IMG/VR virus record: IMGVR_UViG_3300028802_000021
Coordinates: 1-51,974 of that record
Origin: a virus
Lineage: Duplodnaviria; Caudoviricetes
Reading direction: 5' to 3' (one strand)
Length of the DNA stretch: 51,974 nt
Below are positions 1 to 7,944 of the stretch, piece after piece (the stretch's first letter is position 1; the number at the start of each line of letters is the position of its first letter). The notes beneath the pieces were generated by a model. That model worked only from the letters and a program-made list of their open reading frames with translations, searched no databases and had not been told where the DNA came from. Position numbers and translations under genes: made by a program.

Positions 1-460
1 CTCCCGGCTAACGACTGTCCTCTGTGGATTCGGACACCCCTACCCCTATGTCGGTAACCGCCCATCTGTCTCAGGCCGGCCTTATCCAGACATCGATGTG
101 TGTAATTGTCAATAGTCTTCCACAGTGGAGTCCAGATAGGAATTTATGTCTGTCTGGTCAGGCGATTCGGACATTGGGAACACCATGTCCATATCACCCC
201 ATAGCTCGTAGCCGGCGCTCCCCTGAATCGGACATAGGTGTACATCACTGTCAAGGGTGTGGGGTAGTGATCTATTGCATCCCTGTTGGGGGTACTCTGA
301 GTGGTACTTAGTAGCGCTACTAGGTAGACTAGGTAGCGCAGGGCAGGTAGGCACGATGAACCACCCCCCTCATGGGGGTAGGCATAGGAACCGCCAATAC
401 CTGAAACGTTGCTTGTACCTTCGCCTACGGGTTGCAAATTCCATTCTCACAAAGACTTAT
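1..460. other. Non-coding, lower-GC terminal region; probable cos-proximal packaging signals
   Basis: No credible ORF. Repeats GATTCGGACA at ~27 and ~164 and AATCGGACA at ~226. Minus strand reads GGGGTAGGGGTGTCCGAATC just before the window edge. Confidence 0.5.
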
Positions 461-531
461 TGATGACGGTGCACAGGCTCCCATTACAGCCCGTGCGCCC
501 ACATGAGTAAGCCCCCCTGAGAGGAAAGCTA

Positions 532-726
532 ATGGATCCGAACGAAGCTCTGAACATGATCCGCCGTGCAGCTAGGTCCGCCATGAGCCAGATGGAAAAC
601 GACACTGACGATCCATCGTTCTGTGTGGTCGATAACCGCACTGTGCATGCCCTTGTAGATGCGTTCGAGGCCCTTGATGAGTGGCTTGGTAATGGCGGTT
701 TCGCCCCTACCGCATGGGAGCGCTGA
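532..726 (+). CDS. Hypothetical early protein
   Basis: SD GAGGA upstream; first ORF of plus-strand operon. Confidence 0.7.
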   Translation: MDPNEALNMIRRAARSAMSQMENDTDDPSFCVVDNRTVHALVDAFEALDEWLGNGGFAPTAWER

Positions 727-727
727 G

Positions 728-940
728 ATGCCGAGTGTATGGGTGCACGAATTCCGCAACGGGACCATGACCGGTAGTTCGGTGGGCGGCTTCACCGATT
801 CGACCGCCCGGGAGTGGATTGACGGTAGGCGCCGGGCCCGGGATACCGATCCGGTGTGGGCGGCTTTCCGTGACGGCTATGACTGGCACACCGTCGAATT
901 CGATGCGGATGGCAGCGGCAAGTATGCGGTCACGTACTGA
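728..940 (+). CDS. Hypothetical protein (MPSVWVHEF...)
   Basis: ATG one base after upstream stop; operon packing. Confidence 0.65.
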   Translation: MPSVWVHEFRNGTMTGSSVGGFTDSTAREWIDGRRRARDTDPVWAAFRDGYDWHTVEFDADGSGKYAVTY

Positions 941-1010
941 TCAGGTAGCGCTATCGGGTGCGCGGGCTACGGTCCGCGCATCCTGTTGGTCTTATCTGAA
1001 CGGAGGATCC

Positions 1011-1475
1011 ATGAGCAAGATCATGGGAACGATATGGGTGTGCACCGATTGCGTGCTCGTGGAAGCCAATGGCGAGTGTGACCCGGAACGACCAGCCGAC
1101 CTGCCAAAGCCACTGTCGGCTATCGATGAGGGCTATTCGGTGACGCTCGGGCTGGGCCGTGAGGATCACGTGGAGGGTTGCCTCCCGGGCGATGAATACG
1201 ATGATTGCGAGTGCGACCGTAACCCGTTTTCGACGCTCTCGTGTGAGGGTTGCGGCGACTGGAATGCCGGTGAGCGTCACGCTCTCACGTTGTGGCTCGA
1301 ACGGCACATTGTCCGTGAGCGCACGTACGGCCTGGGAACGGTTCGCCGGGCTGTGTGCACGTGTGGTGACGAGTCGGAGCCGATTGCTAAGGGCTGGTCG
1401 GTGGAGCAAGTTGCCGCCGGGCATGCGGTGAACGGTGTGCTCCTGCCGTCGCCGGACTGGGGGCACGCGAAGTGA
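1011..1475 (+). CDS. Cys-rich putative Zn-binding protein
   Basis: SD GGAGG; CTDC, CEC, CEGC and CTCG motifs. Confidence 0.7.
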   Translation: MSKIMGTIWVCTDCVLVEANGECDPERPADLPKPLSAIDEGYSVTLGLGREDHVEGCLPGDEYDDCECDRNPFSTLSCEGCGDWNAGERHALTLWLERHIVRERTYGLGTVRRAVCTCGDESEPIAKGWSVEQVAAGHAVNGVLLPSPDWGHAK

Positions 1476-1641
1476 ATGCTGAGGAGATCGGCGCCGAGCA
1501 GGAGCGGCTTCTACGGGAGTGGGCACCGGAGCCGTGTAGGTGGTTTCTGCGGTGCGAGAACCCGGCGACGGGTTCAACGTCGCATCCGATTCTGGGTGAG
1601 GTTCCGACGTGTGACAGGTGTGCTGCTTTCGCTGAGGGCAA

Positions 1642-1827
1642 GTGAGTCCGGAGTATCGGGCGGCGTATGAGCGTGGTTGGCGTGCGTCGGCTCGTATGGG
1701 CGCCTCGTCGCCGTTGGAGCGGGCGGATGATCGGCGCGAGCCTAGGGCTTGGTATGACGGCTACCACGATCATGCGGCGGGGCGGGGGAAGTGGTCTATC
1801 CCGCTTGGCCTGGTTGAGGGGTATTGA
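1642..1827 (+). CDS. Small protein, possible Rmf/CrpP-like fold
   Basis: AYERGWRAS...RAWYDGYHD pattern resembles RMF (A..RGY.A...W.GW.EA). Confidence 0.4.
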   Translation: MSPEYRAAYERGWRASARMGASSPLERADDRREPRAWYDGYHDHAAGRGKWSIPLGLVEGY

Positions 1828-1915
1828 GGTTCGCTGCTAGCCCATGGTGCACGGGGTTGCCCGTGTGCCGTGGAGGTGACGCGAACTGTTGCCTGGGAAA
1901 CGGAGAGAGATTCTG

Positions 1916-2170
1916 ATGGTGGTCAATTTAACGTGGGAGTCGGTTCCTGGCGGCGATGATGCGTCTCTGCCAAGCCGTGAGGACATCGCTGCGGCGTTGA
2001 TGAAGCGTAGGGGTCGGTCTGCGGTGGTGGGTCGCCATGACCGTGTGGTGCGTGCGGATGCGCATGTGGAGCGGATCAATTCGGGCCGTGAGTATGGGGC
2101 GGGTTTTTCTGCGGTGCGGCGCCGGGTCGGGAATGAACACCGGGTGTATGCGTGGCGGGATGACGCGTGA
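1916..2170 (+). CDS. Hypothetical protein
   Basis: SD GGAGAG; overlaps start of next gene. Confidence 0.6.
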   Translation: MVVNLTWESVPGGDDASLPSREDIAAALMKRRGRSAVVGRHDRVVRADAHVERINSGREYGAGFSAVRRRVGNEHRVYAWRDDA

Positions 2171-2424
2171 TGGCGAGTCTTGAGGAGCGCCTAGCGCAGC
2201 AGGAGGGCTTACGGGCGAGCCAGGACCGCGATTTGTCGGACTTGGCGGCGACGCTTCGGGCTCAGCATCACACGTTGCAGGCGTTGGCTTTGACGTCGTC
2301 TGAGCACAATTTCATGCTGACGGATTTGCGGCGGCAGGTGGAGCGGCTTGCGGCGGATACGGCTTCGGGTCTTCAGCGGATCACTGACACTCTGGCGTTG
2401 TTGATCGAGCGCGGCAACGAATAG
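2167..2424 (+). CDS. Coiled-coil hypothetical protein
   Basis: Heptad Leu pattern; GTGA overlap with upstream stop. Confidence 0.65.
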   Translation: MMASLEERLAQQEGLRASQDRDLSDLAATLRAQHHTLQALALTSSEHNFMLTDLRRQVERLAADTASGLQRITDTLALLIERGNE

Positions 2425-2489
2425 CGAGCATGGTGCACGGGTTCGCCCGTGCGCTGTGTGCATTGTTCGTAGCAAATGGAGGACTGGAA

Positions 2490-2873
2490 ATGAAGAGTGA
2501 CCCGATTGACCCGAACGCTGGCGTGATCGATGGCCGGGAGCTTGTCGACCGTATCGGCTGGCACGAGATCGACGAGGAGGACGGGCTGGAGGCGGGCGAC
2601 GCGGAGGAGTTGGCGGCGCTGCGGAAGCTGGTGGCGGAGGTTGAGGGGATTTCCGGTGAGCAGTGCCGGTATGGGGTTTCGATTGTCGGTGACGGCTTTT
2701 TCACCGAGTACATCCGGAACCGGTTTGTCGACACCCAGGATTCTGATCACTCGGTGGATATCGGTACTTGGCCGTTTTCGCACATTGATTGGGATGCGGC
2801 GGCCGATGAGGAAAAGCGGCATTTCTCTTCGGTGACGTTCGAGGGTCGCCTGTTTTGGGTCGAGGACGAGTAG
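2490..2873 (+). CDS. Acidic ArdA/Ocr-like anti-restriction candidate
   Basis: Very D/E-rich; WP..IDWDAAA.E....SSVTFEG..FWV pattern recalled from phage proteins annotated as ArdA-like. Confidence 0.5.
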   Translation: MKSDPIDPNAGVIDGRELVDRIGWHEIDEEDGLEAGDAEELAALRKLVAEVEGISGEQCRYGVSIVGDGFFTEYIRNRFVDTQDSDHSVDIGTWPFSHIDWDAAADEEKRHFSSVTFEGRLFWVEDE

Positions 2874-2953
2874 GGCACCGTTTCTAGCCCATCGTGCACA
2901 CGTTCGCGTGTGCACTGGTGGAGGTGGCGCGGTGCCGCCAAGGAGGAGGAGTT

Positions 2954-3070
2954 GTGAGCGACGAGATGCTGACGGATTTGCGTCACCGGTTGGAGCGTGT
3001 GGAGAGCAAGGTCGATGGGATCGCTGCGGGTGTTCAGCAGCTGGTTGTCATGTTGGGTCGGCTCTCGTGA
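2954..3070 (+). CDS. 38-aa coiled-coil microprotein (MSDEMLTDLRHRLERVESKVDGIAAGVQQLVVMLGRLS)
   Basis: SD AGGAGGAGGAG, GTG start, GTGA overlap with next gene; below the ORF-track size cutoff. Confidence 0.65.
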   Translation: MSDEMLTDLRHRLERVESKVDGIAAGVQQLVVMLGRLS

Positions 3071-3306
3071 AGTTCACCGGTCAGGAGTTGTCTGACATCC
3101 GCGACGCGGTGTTTTCCAAGGTGGAGACGCTGGGTGAGCACTTGGAGGCGTTGGACGGCGTGGTGGAGAGGCTGGAGCGTCGGGAGAGGGTTTTCCCGTT
3201 CGCGGTGGGTGTGGAGGGTGTTCGCGCGGCGAAGGGTATGCGTTCCGACATGGAGGCCCGCCGTGACCGTCTACAGGCGTTGGCTGAGCGTCTGGTGGAC
3301 CTGTGA
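3067..3306 (+). CDS. Hypothetical coiled-coil protein
   Basis: GTGA overlaps at both ends. Confidence 0.6.
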   Translation: MKFTGQELSDIRDAVFSKVETLGEHLEALDGVVERLERRERVFPFAVGVEGVRAAKGMRSDMEARRDRLQALAERLVDL

Positions 3307-3512
3307 TGTTCGCCTCGCCGGCGGATTTTGAGCCGGGGATGTGGTTCCGCACCGATAACGGTGGGCCTGCTCTGAGGTGGTTGGGGGTGGAGCCGGTCAA
3401 GTCGAGGTTCGCGGGTAAGCGGCGGGTGCGGGTGCTAGTCGAGGGTGGCGTCAATTTCGTCACCGATGTGGAGAGAAAGTTTCAGGTCATCGATTGGGGG
3501 GTGGGGCGTTGA
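3303..3512 (+). CDS. Hypothetical small beta-rich protein
   Basis: Translational coupling with upstream ORF. Confidence 0.55.
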   Translation: MMFASPADFEPGMWFRTDNGGPALRWLGVEPVKSRFAGKRRVRVLVEGGVNFVTDVERKFQVIDWGVGR

Positions 3513-3626
3513 GCTACGGAACGTTTTTCGAGGGCGTGTCGGGTGCGCCTGAGGGTCATTCGGGTGTGTCGGTGGTGCTGGCCCTGCTGATTCTGGCGGG
3601 TGTTGTGGTGGCGTTGTGGGTGCGGC

Positions 3627-3908
3627 ATGGGTGAGGTGATTATCTTCCCGGGGCCGCTACCCCTTGAGGGGGATTTGGTGGTGGATCCGGACAGGTTGTT
3701 GTCGGGTCCTGAGGTGGCGCGGCTGTTGGGTATTCAGGCGTCGTCGTGGCGGGCGTATGTGGCGGGTGGGCGGGCTCCGGCGGCGGATGATCCGGGCCCG
3801 CTGGATGTGCCTGCGAATCGGCGGCGTCCAAGGTGGCGGCTGTCGACTGTGAGGGCGTTTAAGCAGCGTCCGAAGCGTCAGGGGTTTCGGTCTGATCTGG
3901 CGAGGTGA
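3627..3908 (+). CDS. AlpA/MerR-like HTH DNA-binding protein
   Basis: LLSGPEVARLLGIQASSWRAYVAGGRAP...PRWRLSTV motif. Confidence 0.65.
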   Translation: MGEVIIFPGPLPLEGDLVVDPDRLLSGPEVARLLGIQASSWRAYVAGGRAPAADDPGPLDVPANRRRPRWRLSTVRAFKQRPKRQGFRSDLAR

Positions 3909-3938
3909 TCACCCCGCGCCCACCGGTAGGGAAGCCTG

Positions 3939-4163
3939 GTGGACGCGGGGGACAGGGTTGGAGGGGTGTTGAGCGCCGAAGATGATCTGCTGGTGGCCGC
4001 TGAGGGGATCTATGACGGCTGGTATGCGGGTGCCTCCCGGGTGGACTGGGAGGATTTCCTGTTCCGCTTGGAGGATCAGACGGGGTTCGAGCTGGGTGAC
4101 AGCATGGATTCTCCGCTGATTCGCAAGATCAAGCGGCATATTGCGGCGTACAGGAAGTTGTGA
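3939..4163 (+). CDS. Hypothetical protein
   Basis: Last ORF before terminator; start may be 3969. Confidence 0.6.
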   Translation: MDAGDRVGGVLSAEDDLLVAAEGIYDGWYAGASRVDWEDFLFRLEDQTGFELGDSMDSPLIRKIKRHIAAYRKL

Positions 4164-4172
4164 GCTGGTGTG

Positions 4173-4208
4173 AAAAACCCCGCCCGGGTGTCCGGGCGGG
4201 GTTTTTTT
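4173..4208. terminator. Bidirectional intrinsic terminator
   Basis: AAAAACCCCGCCCGG-GTGT-CCGGGCGGGGTTTTTTT between convergent genes. Confidence 0.9.
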
Positions 4209-4222
4209 GTGCCCTGAGCTAC

Positions 4223-4375
4223 TTACTGGGCGTTGGGGTCGGTCGGCTGCTGCTGGGCGTTGGGGTCCTGCTGCTGCCGTTCCTGGCGGCGCTGTTCCTG
4301 TTCCTGCCGGGCGCGTTCCTGCTCGGCCTCTTCCTGCTGGCGGCGGCGGTCTCGTGCCGGGTCCTGGTTAGCCAT
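4223..4375 (-). CDS. 50-aa Q/E/R-rich microprotein (MANQDPARDRRRQQEEAEQE...DPNAQQQPTDPNAQ)
   Basis: SD AGGGAGAGG, ATG, TAA just before terminator; not in ORF track. Confidence 0.6.
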   Translation of the reverse strand: MANQDPARDRRRQQEEAEQERARQEQEQRRQERQQQDPNAQQQPTDPNAQ

Positions 4376-4417
4376 TGCGGCCTCTCCCTGGGTTGGGTGG
4401 GTGAGGGGGCGACTCTC

Positions 4418-5104
4418 CTATGGTGCCCGATGCTGGCTGTTCCATGCGGCGCCGATGTGGCGGGTGTAGGCGGGCGGGATGGCTTCGGTGAGTTCTTCCC
4501 GCACATCGGTCCAGTCGATGCCGAGGGCGTGCTGCATTTCGGCGATGGTGGCTTTGCCGCCGCCGTCGCCGTAGGCGGCGACGTAGGGGCCTTGCCGGTA
4601 AATCCCGTGGCGCATGCCGCGTACGTATCCCTGGTGCTTGTGGTGCTTCGGCTGGGGGACGTGGAGGCCTTCGAGTTCGAAGTCTCGGTGGCGTTGCACC
4701 CAGGGGGGTTCGGCTTTGGGGAACATGTCCATGCAGAGGCGCAGGTCGCAGCGGATCAGCCCTTTGTGGCCGGTGGGCTGTTCGATGATGAATGGTTTTC
4801 CGACGGCTTGCAGGAGTTGGCGGGTGGCGGGGACGAGCTGGCGGTGGGTGCGGCCCCAGCCTTTGCTCTTGTTGGTGCCGTTGGTGATGGCGCATCCGGC
4901 TTGGCAGGGTGGGCTGGCGTGGATGAGATCAAAGTCGGCGCCGATTCGGGCGAGGATTTCGAGGGCGTCGCCTTGGAGGAATGCGTCGCCGCAGTAGGTG
5001 GGGCGGGGGTGTAGGTCGACGCCGGTGACGTGGAATCCGGCTTGCTGGTATCCGGCGGTGGCTCCCCCGGCGCAGCAGAACAAATCGAGCAGGCGTGGAA
5101 TCAC
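4418..5104 (-). CDS. Short phage DNA cytosine-C5 methyltransferase
   Basis: LLDLFCCAGG (motif I), HASPPCQ (motif IV), QRHR.FE, EAIPPAYT. Confidence 0.85.
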   Translation of the reverse strand: MIPRLLDLFCCAGGATAGYQQAGFHVTGVDLHPRPTYCGDAFLQGDALEILARIGADFDLIHASPPCQAGCAITNGTNKSKGWGRTHRQLVPATRQLLQAVGKPFIIEQPTGHKGLIRCDLRLCMDMFPKAEPPWVQRHRDFELEGLHVPQPKHHKHQGYVRGMRHGIYRQGPYVAAYGDGGGKATIAEMQHALGIDWTDVREELTEAIPPAYTRHIGAAWNSQHRAP

Positions 5105-5231
5105 GCCCCCCGACGGTGCCGGCCTTCGGTGCTGGCAGCCGGCCCCTGTTCGGGTGACTGGGGGATTTTGTCGCTGGTTGCCGGCATGCTAGGGGGCGTT
5201 CGAACCTCTACCCCTCTTTGGAGGTTTTCTC

Positions 5232-5726
5232 ATGTTCCGCAATTTGGTGCGAGGCATGGTCGCTCTCGCCGCCATCGCCGCTATGGGTGTGGGGATTTCC
5301 CCGGCTCAGGCGGCCCCGGTATCGCAGGCGGCGCCGGTTTCGGCTGCCGTCCCTGTCGCGGTGCCTCGTCTGGTCGATGTGGATGTGCAGGAGTTCCGCC
5401 GGTTCGACCGGCTGATTCTGCGTTTCCGTAATGGTGTGCCGGACATTCGGGCCCGCTATGTGAATGTCGCTTTTGATCAGGACGGTGACCGGGTGCGTCT
5501 GCCGGGTGGCCGGTTGCTGGTGCTGCGCCTGGAGCCTGCCCGTGCCCGGTCGCTGGATCAGGATGTGGAGCGGGTGAACCTGAACAATGTTCGCGCGTTC
5601 CGGCTGATCGAGGACCGGCGTGGTGTGGTCCGCATCGCGGTTGGCCTGCGTCAGCGGGTCGGCGTGCGGGTGCTGGAGCTGCCGAACCGGTTGATCGTCG
5701 ACATTCCGAACCGGGACCGCTTCTAG
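5232..5726 (+). CDS. Secreted AMIN-like domain protein (moron)
   Basis: Signal peptide ending AQA; FDRLILRF..GVP...GVVRIAVGL...RLIVDI; opposite strand to neighbours; own terminator. Confidence 0.65.
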   Translation: MFRNLVRGMVALAAIAAMGVGISPAQAAPVSQAAPVSAAVPVAVPRLVDVDVQEFRRFDRLILRFRNGVPDIRARYVNVAFDQDGDRVRLPGGRLLVLRLEPARARSLDQDVERVNLNNVRAFRLIEDRRGVVRIAVGLRQRVGVRVLELPNRLIVDIPNRDRF

Positions 5727-5738
5727 CCCGAGCATGCG

Positions 5739-5776
5739 AAAACCCCGGCAGGGGGCAACCTCTGCCGGGGTTTTTC
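5739..5776. terminator. Bidirectional intrinsic terminator
   Basis: AAAACCCCGGCAGGGG-GCAA-CCTCTGCCGGGGTTTTT. Confidence 0.85.
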
Positions 5777-5931
5777 ATGCCTGTCGCTAGGTGTCGGGGG
5801 GCGGCGTCAGCCATCGTCGGTGCGTCATGCGGGTGACGCTAGCGCTTACGTCTTGGTGATGGCGCCGATGACAGGTCGGACCACTGTGACGGTGATCTTC
5901 AGCTTCGTCTTGGGGTTGGTGACGGTGGCCT

Positions 5932-6306
5932 TCACTTGGCGGCCTCTCTGGCGACGGTGTCGGCCCGGCTCACCTCAGGGGTGACGGTGATCTTCCCGGC
6001 GGCGAGGGTGGTGACTACCCCGGTTGCGGAGATGACCTGTACATCCCAGACGCCCTTGATCGGCATGGTGGTGGAGGTGGCGGACGGCATGGTGACGTTG
6101 ACGGCGTTGGCGAGGACGGTGCAGGTGAAGTCCAGGGCGGTGGGGGCGTCTGCGGTGGCCCGGATTTGTGCTTCGGCGGTGTAGCCGGTGAGGTCGAAGT
6201 CGACGCCGGCGTCGTCGGTGACCAGGATCTTCAGGTTGATGTCGTCCCCGGCGTACAGGTTGAGGTCGACGGTGGCGGGCCGGGCATCGATTATGGTCGC
6301 AGCCAT
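5932..6306 (-). CDS. BppU/LtfC-like beta-sandwich virion protein
   Basis: DLNLYAGDD...DLTGYTAEAQIR...GVWDVQV...TLAAGKITV pattern; SD GAGGAG. Confidence 0.6.
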   Translation of the reverse strand: MAATIIDARPATVDLNLYAGDDINLKILVTDDAGVDFDLTGYTAEAQIRATADAPTALDFTCTVLANAVNVTMPSATSTTMPIKGVWDVQVISATGVVTTLAAGKITVTPEVSRADTVAREAAK

Positions 6307-6473
6307 TTTCCCTGCTCCTCTGTGGTTGAACGGTGACAGTCGCATATGCAGGGGGCGTCGCAGAATTTGCACCTGGCGGGCCGCTTCCGCGTGCCGTCGG
6401 CTCTGAGTGTGGCGAGGTTGCAGTACTCGTGTGCGTCGTGGAGGCAGCCGGTGGACAGGTATTCGTGGATCAT
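6291..6473 (-). CDS. Cys/His-rich Zn-binding small protein
   Basis: HEYLSTGCLH..HEYC...CKFC..PCICDCH. Confidence 0.6.
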   Translation of the reverse strand: MIHEYLSTGCLHDAHEYCNLATLRADGTRKRPARCKFCDAPCICDCHRSTTEEQGKWLRP

Positions 6474-6829
6474 CGGGCGTTCCATCCGCCGGGTTGTAGG
6501 CGCCCGGTCTCGCGGGAGTGGCAGGAGGCGCACAGGGCTCGCAGGTGGCGGTCAGCGTGCGGGTCCTGGTTGCGCTGCTTGATCAGCAGGCGGATGCCTC
6601 GGGGGTGGTGGTCGGCGACAGAAGCCATCCGCCCGCAGAGGACACAGGCGGGATGCCGGCACAGGTAGTCGAGGCGGATCTGGGGCCAGTCGTCGCCGTA
6701 GAGGGCACGCCAGTGGGTGCGCTGCTGGCGGTGGAGGCGGCGGTGTTGATCGCAGGCCCCGTCGGTGACCCGGGTGGGGCAGCCGGGGGTGGTGCAGGGC
6801 TTCCTGGGGAGGATCGTCACCCGTTCCAC
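6470..6829 (-). CDS. HNH endonuclease, HK97 gp74-like packaging cofactor
   Basis: PC..PGC...C..H; HPACVLC...ADHH...LRALCASCHSRET. Confidence 0.85.
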   Translation of the reverse strand: MERVTILPRKPCTTPGCPTRVTDGACDQHRRLHRQQRTHWRALYGDDWPQIRLDYLCRHPACVLCGRMASVADHHPRGIRLLIKQRNQDPHADRHLRALCASCHSRETGRLQPGGWNAR

Positions 6830-7032
6830 CCCCGGCTGAGCTGGTGGCCCCGCCGCCTGCGGAAACGGAGGAGGAAACGCAGGCGGCGGGGTCGTCTAGT
6901 GGTGCCGGTGCTTGCGGTGGTAGGCGCGGTGGAGGCGAGCGATCCGGTCCGCCTTGTCGTACTCGGCGTGGATGGCGTCCAGGTCGTCGCCTGCGCGCCG
7001 GAGGGCTTCACACATGGCGCAGTGGGGGTCTC

Positions 7033-7227
7033 TCATTCGATGACCTGTTTCTCCCGGGCGGCGGTGAGGGCTTCAATGTATTCGTCTCTGGTCATCTGCC
7101 GCGATTTGCGCCCACAGTGGTGGCATCCGGCGTCACCGTAGGAGACGGCGAGCTGGTTGAGGACGTAGTGCTCACCGAGGCAGTGGATGCACCGGGACTG
7201 AATGGCGATTTCTTGATCATCATTCAT
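7033..7227 (-). CDS. Zn-ribbon small protein
   Basis: CIHC and CHHC motifs. Confidence 0.6.
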   Translation of the reverse strand: MNDDQEIAIQSRCIHCLGEHYVLNQLAVSYGDAGCHHCGRKSRQMTRDEYIEALTAAREKQVIE

Positions 7228-7358
7228 CGGCGATGCGCTCCAGTCTTTTCACGCGCCTCTCAAGGGCTTCAGTGTTTCGGCGGGCCTCACCTGCGACGAA
7301 GAAGGCCAGGGTGACGATGATCCAGAGCCCGCCGAGGAGCAGCCAGAGAATGGTGAGG

Positions 7359-7670
7359 CTATCCATGGCCGTTGCCTTTCAGGGCCCGGTTCCGTGCTTC
7401 GAGGACGGCGATCTTGTGTGCGAGGGCGGCGGCTTTGTCCTCGATGCTGTTTTTGAGTTCAATGACGGCGTCGTTGCGCCGCTGGAGGATGTCTACCTGG
7501 CTTCTCAGGTTGCCGATGCGGCCCTGGTTGACTCTGTCGGCGGCGAGCACGAGGACGGTGCCAGCGAGGCCGCCGACGGAGAGCAGAACGTTGAGCCAGT
7601 TCCCGGTGAAGGCGCAGAAGAGGCCGTAGCAGATCCAGAAGGCGACGAGGAGGAGCATGAGTTTCCTCAT
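7359..7670 (-). CDS. Membrane-anchored coiled-coil protein
   Basis: Two hydrophobic segments followed by heptad repeats. Confidence 0.55.
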   Translation of the reverse strand: MRKLMLLLVAFWICYGLFCAFTGNWLNVLLSVGGLAGTVLVLAADRVNQGRIGNLRSQVDILQRRNDAVIELKNSIEDKAAALAHKIAVLEARNRALKGNGHG

Positions 7671-7944
7671 CGTCGCTGCCTTTTCTGGGCGAGGCGGTGT
7701 TCGGCGACGATGACGGCGAGCCAGGCGAGGTAGATGACGAAGGTGACGCAGAGGGCGACGAAGAGCAGGGTCATGGGTCAGCGGGCCCTGCGGATGAGGC
7801 GGAATCTGGGGCGCCTGGCGGTCAGGTGGTCGTAGACGAGCGGCGAGGATACGGGGGCCTCGTTTTCGAGCCATTCCTTGATGGAGTCGTAGGCGGGGTG
7901 CCATTGATTCGGCGGCCAGTGCTCACTGTGGTTACCTGCGGGCC

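Larger units (their letters stand above)
468..3570 (+). repeat. Six dispersed intergenic GGTGC(A/G)C-type hairpins (468-499, 956-983, 1842-1873, 2428-2459, 2889-2921, 3541-3570)
   Basis: Shared stem base, G-U pairs only on +, UNCG-type loops in three copies, each in a gap before a gene. Confidence 0.75.

Noticed and set aside
409-463. Sigma70 promoter for the early operon (TTGCAA at 432)
   Set aside because: No TANNNT at 16-18 bp spacing; a promoter is likely nearby but cannot be placed.
4160-5014. Plus-strand 284-aa ORF with hydrophobic N-terminus
   Set aside because: Antisense shadow of the methyltransferase and the Q/E/R microprotein; it runs through a terminator.
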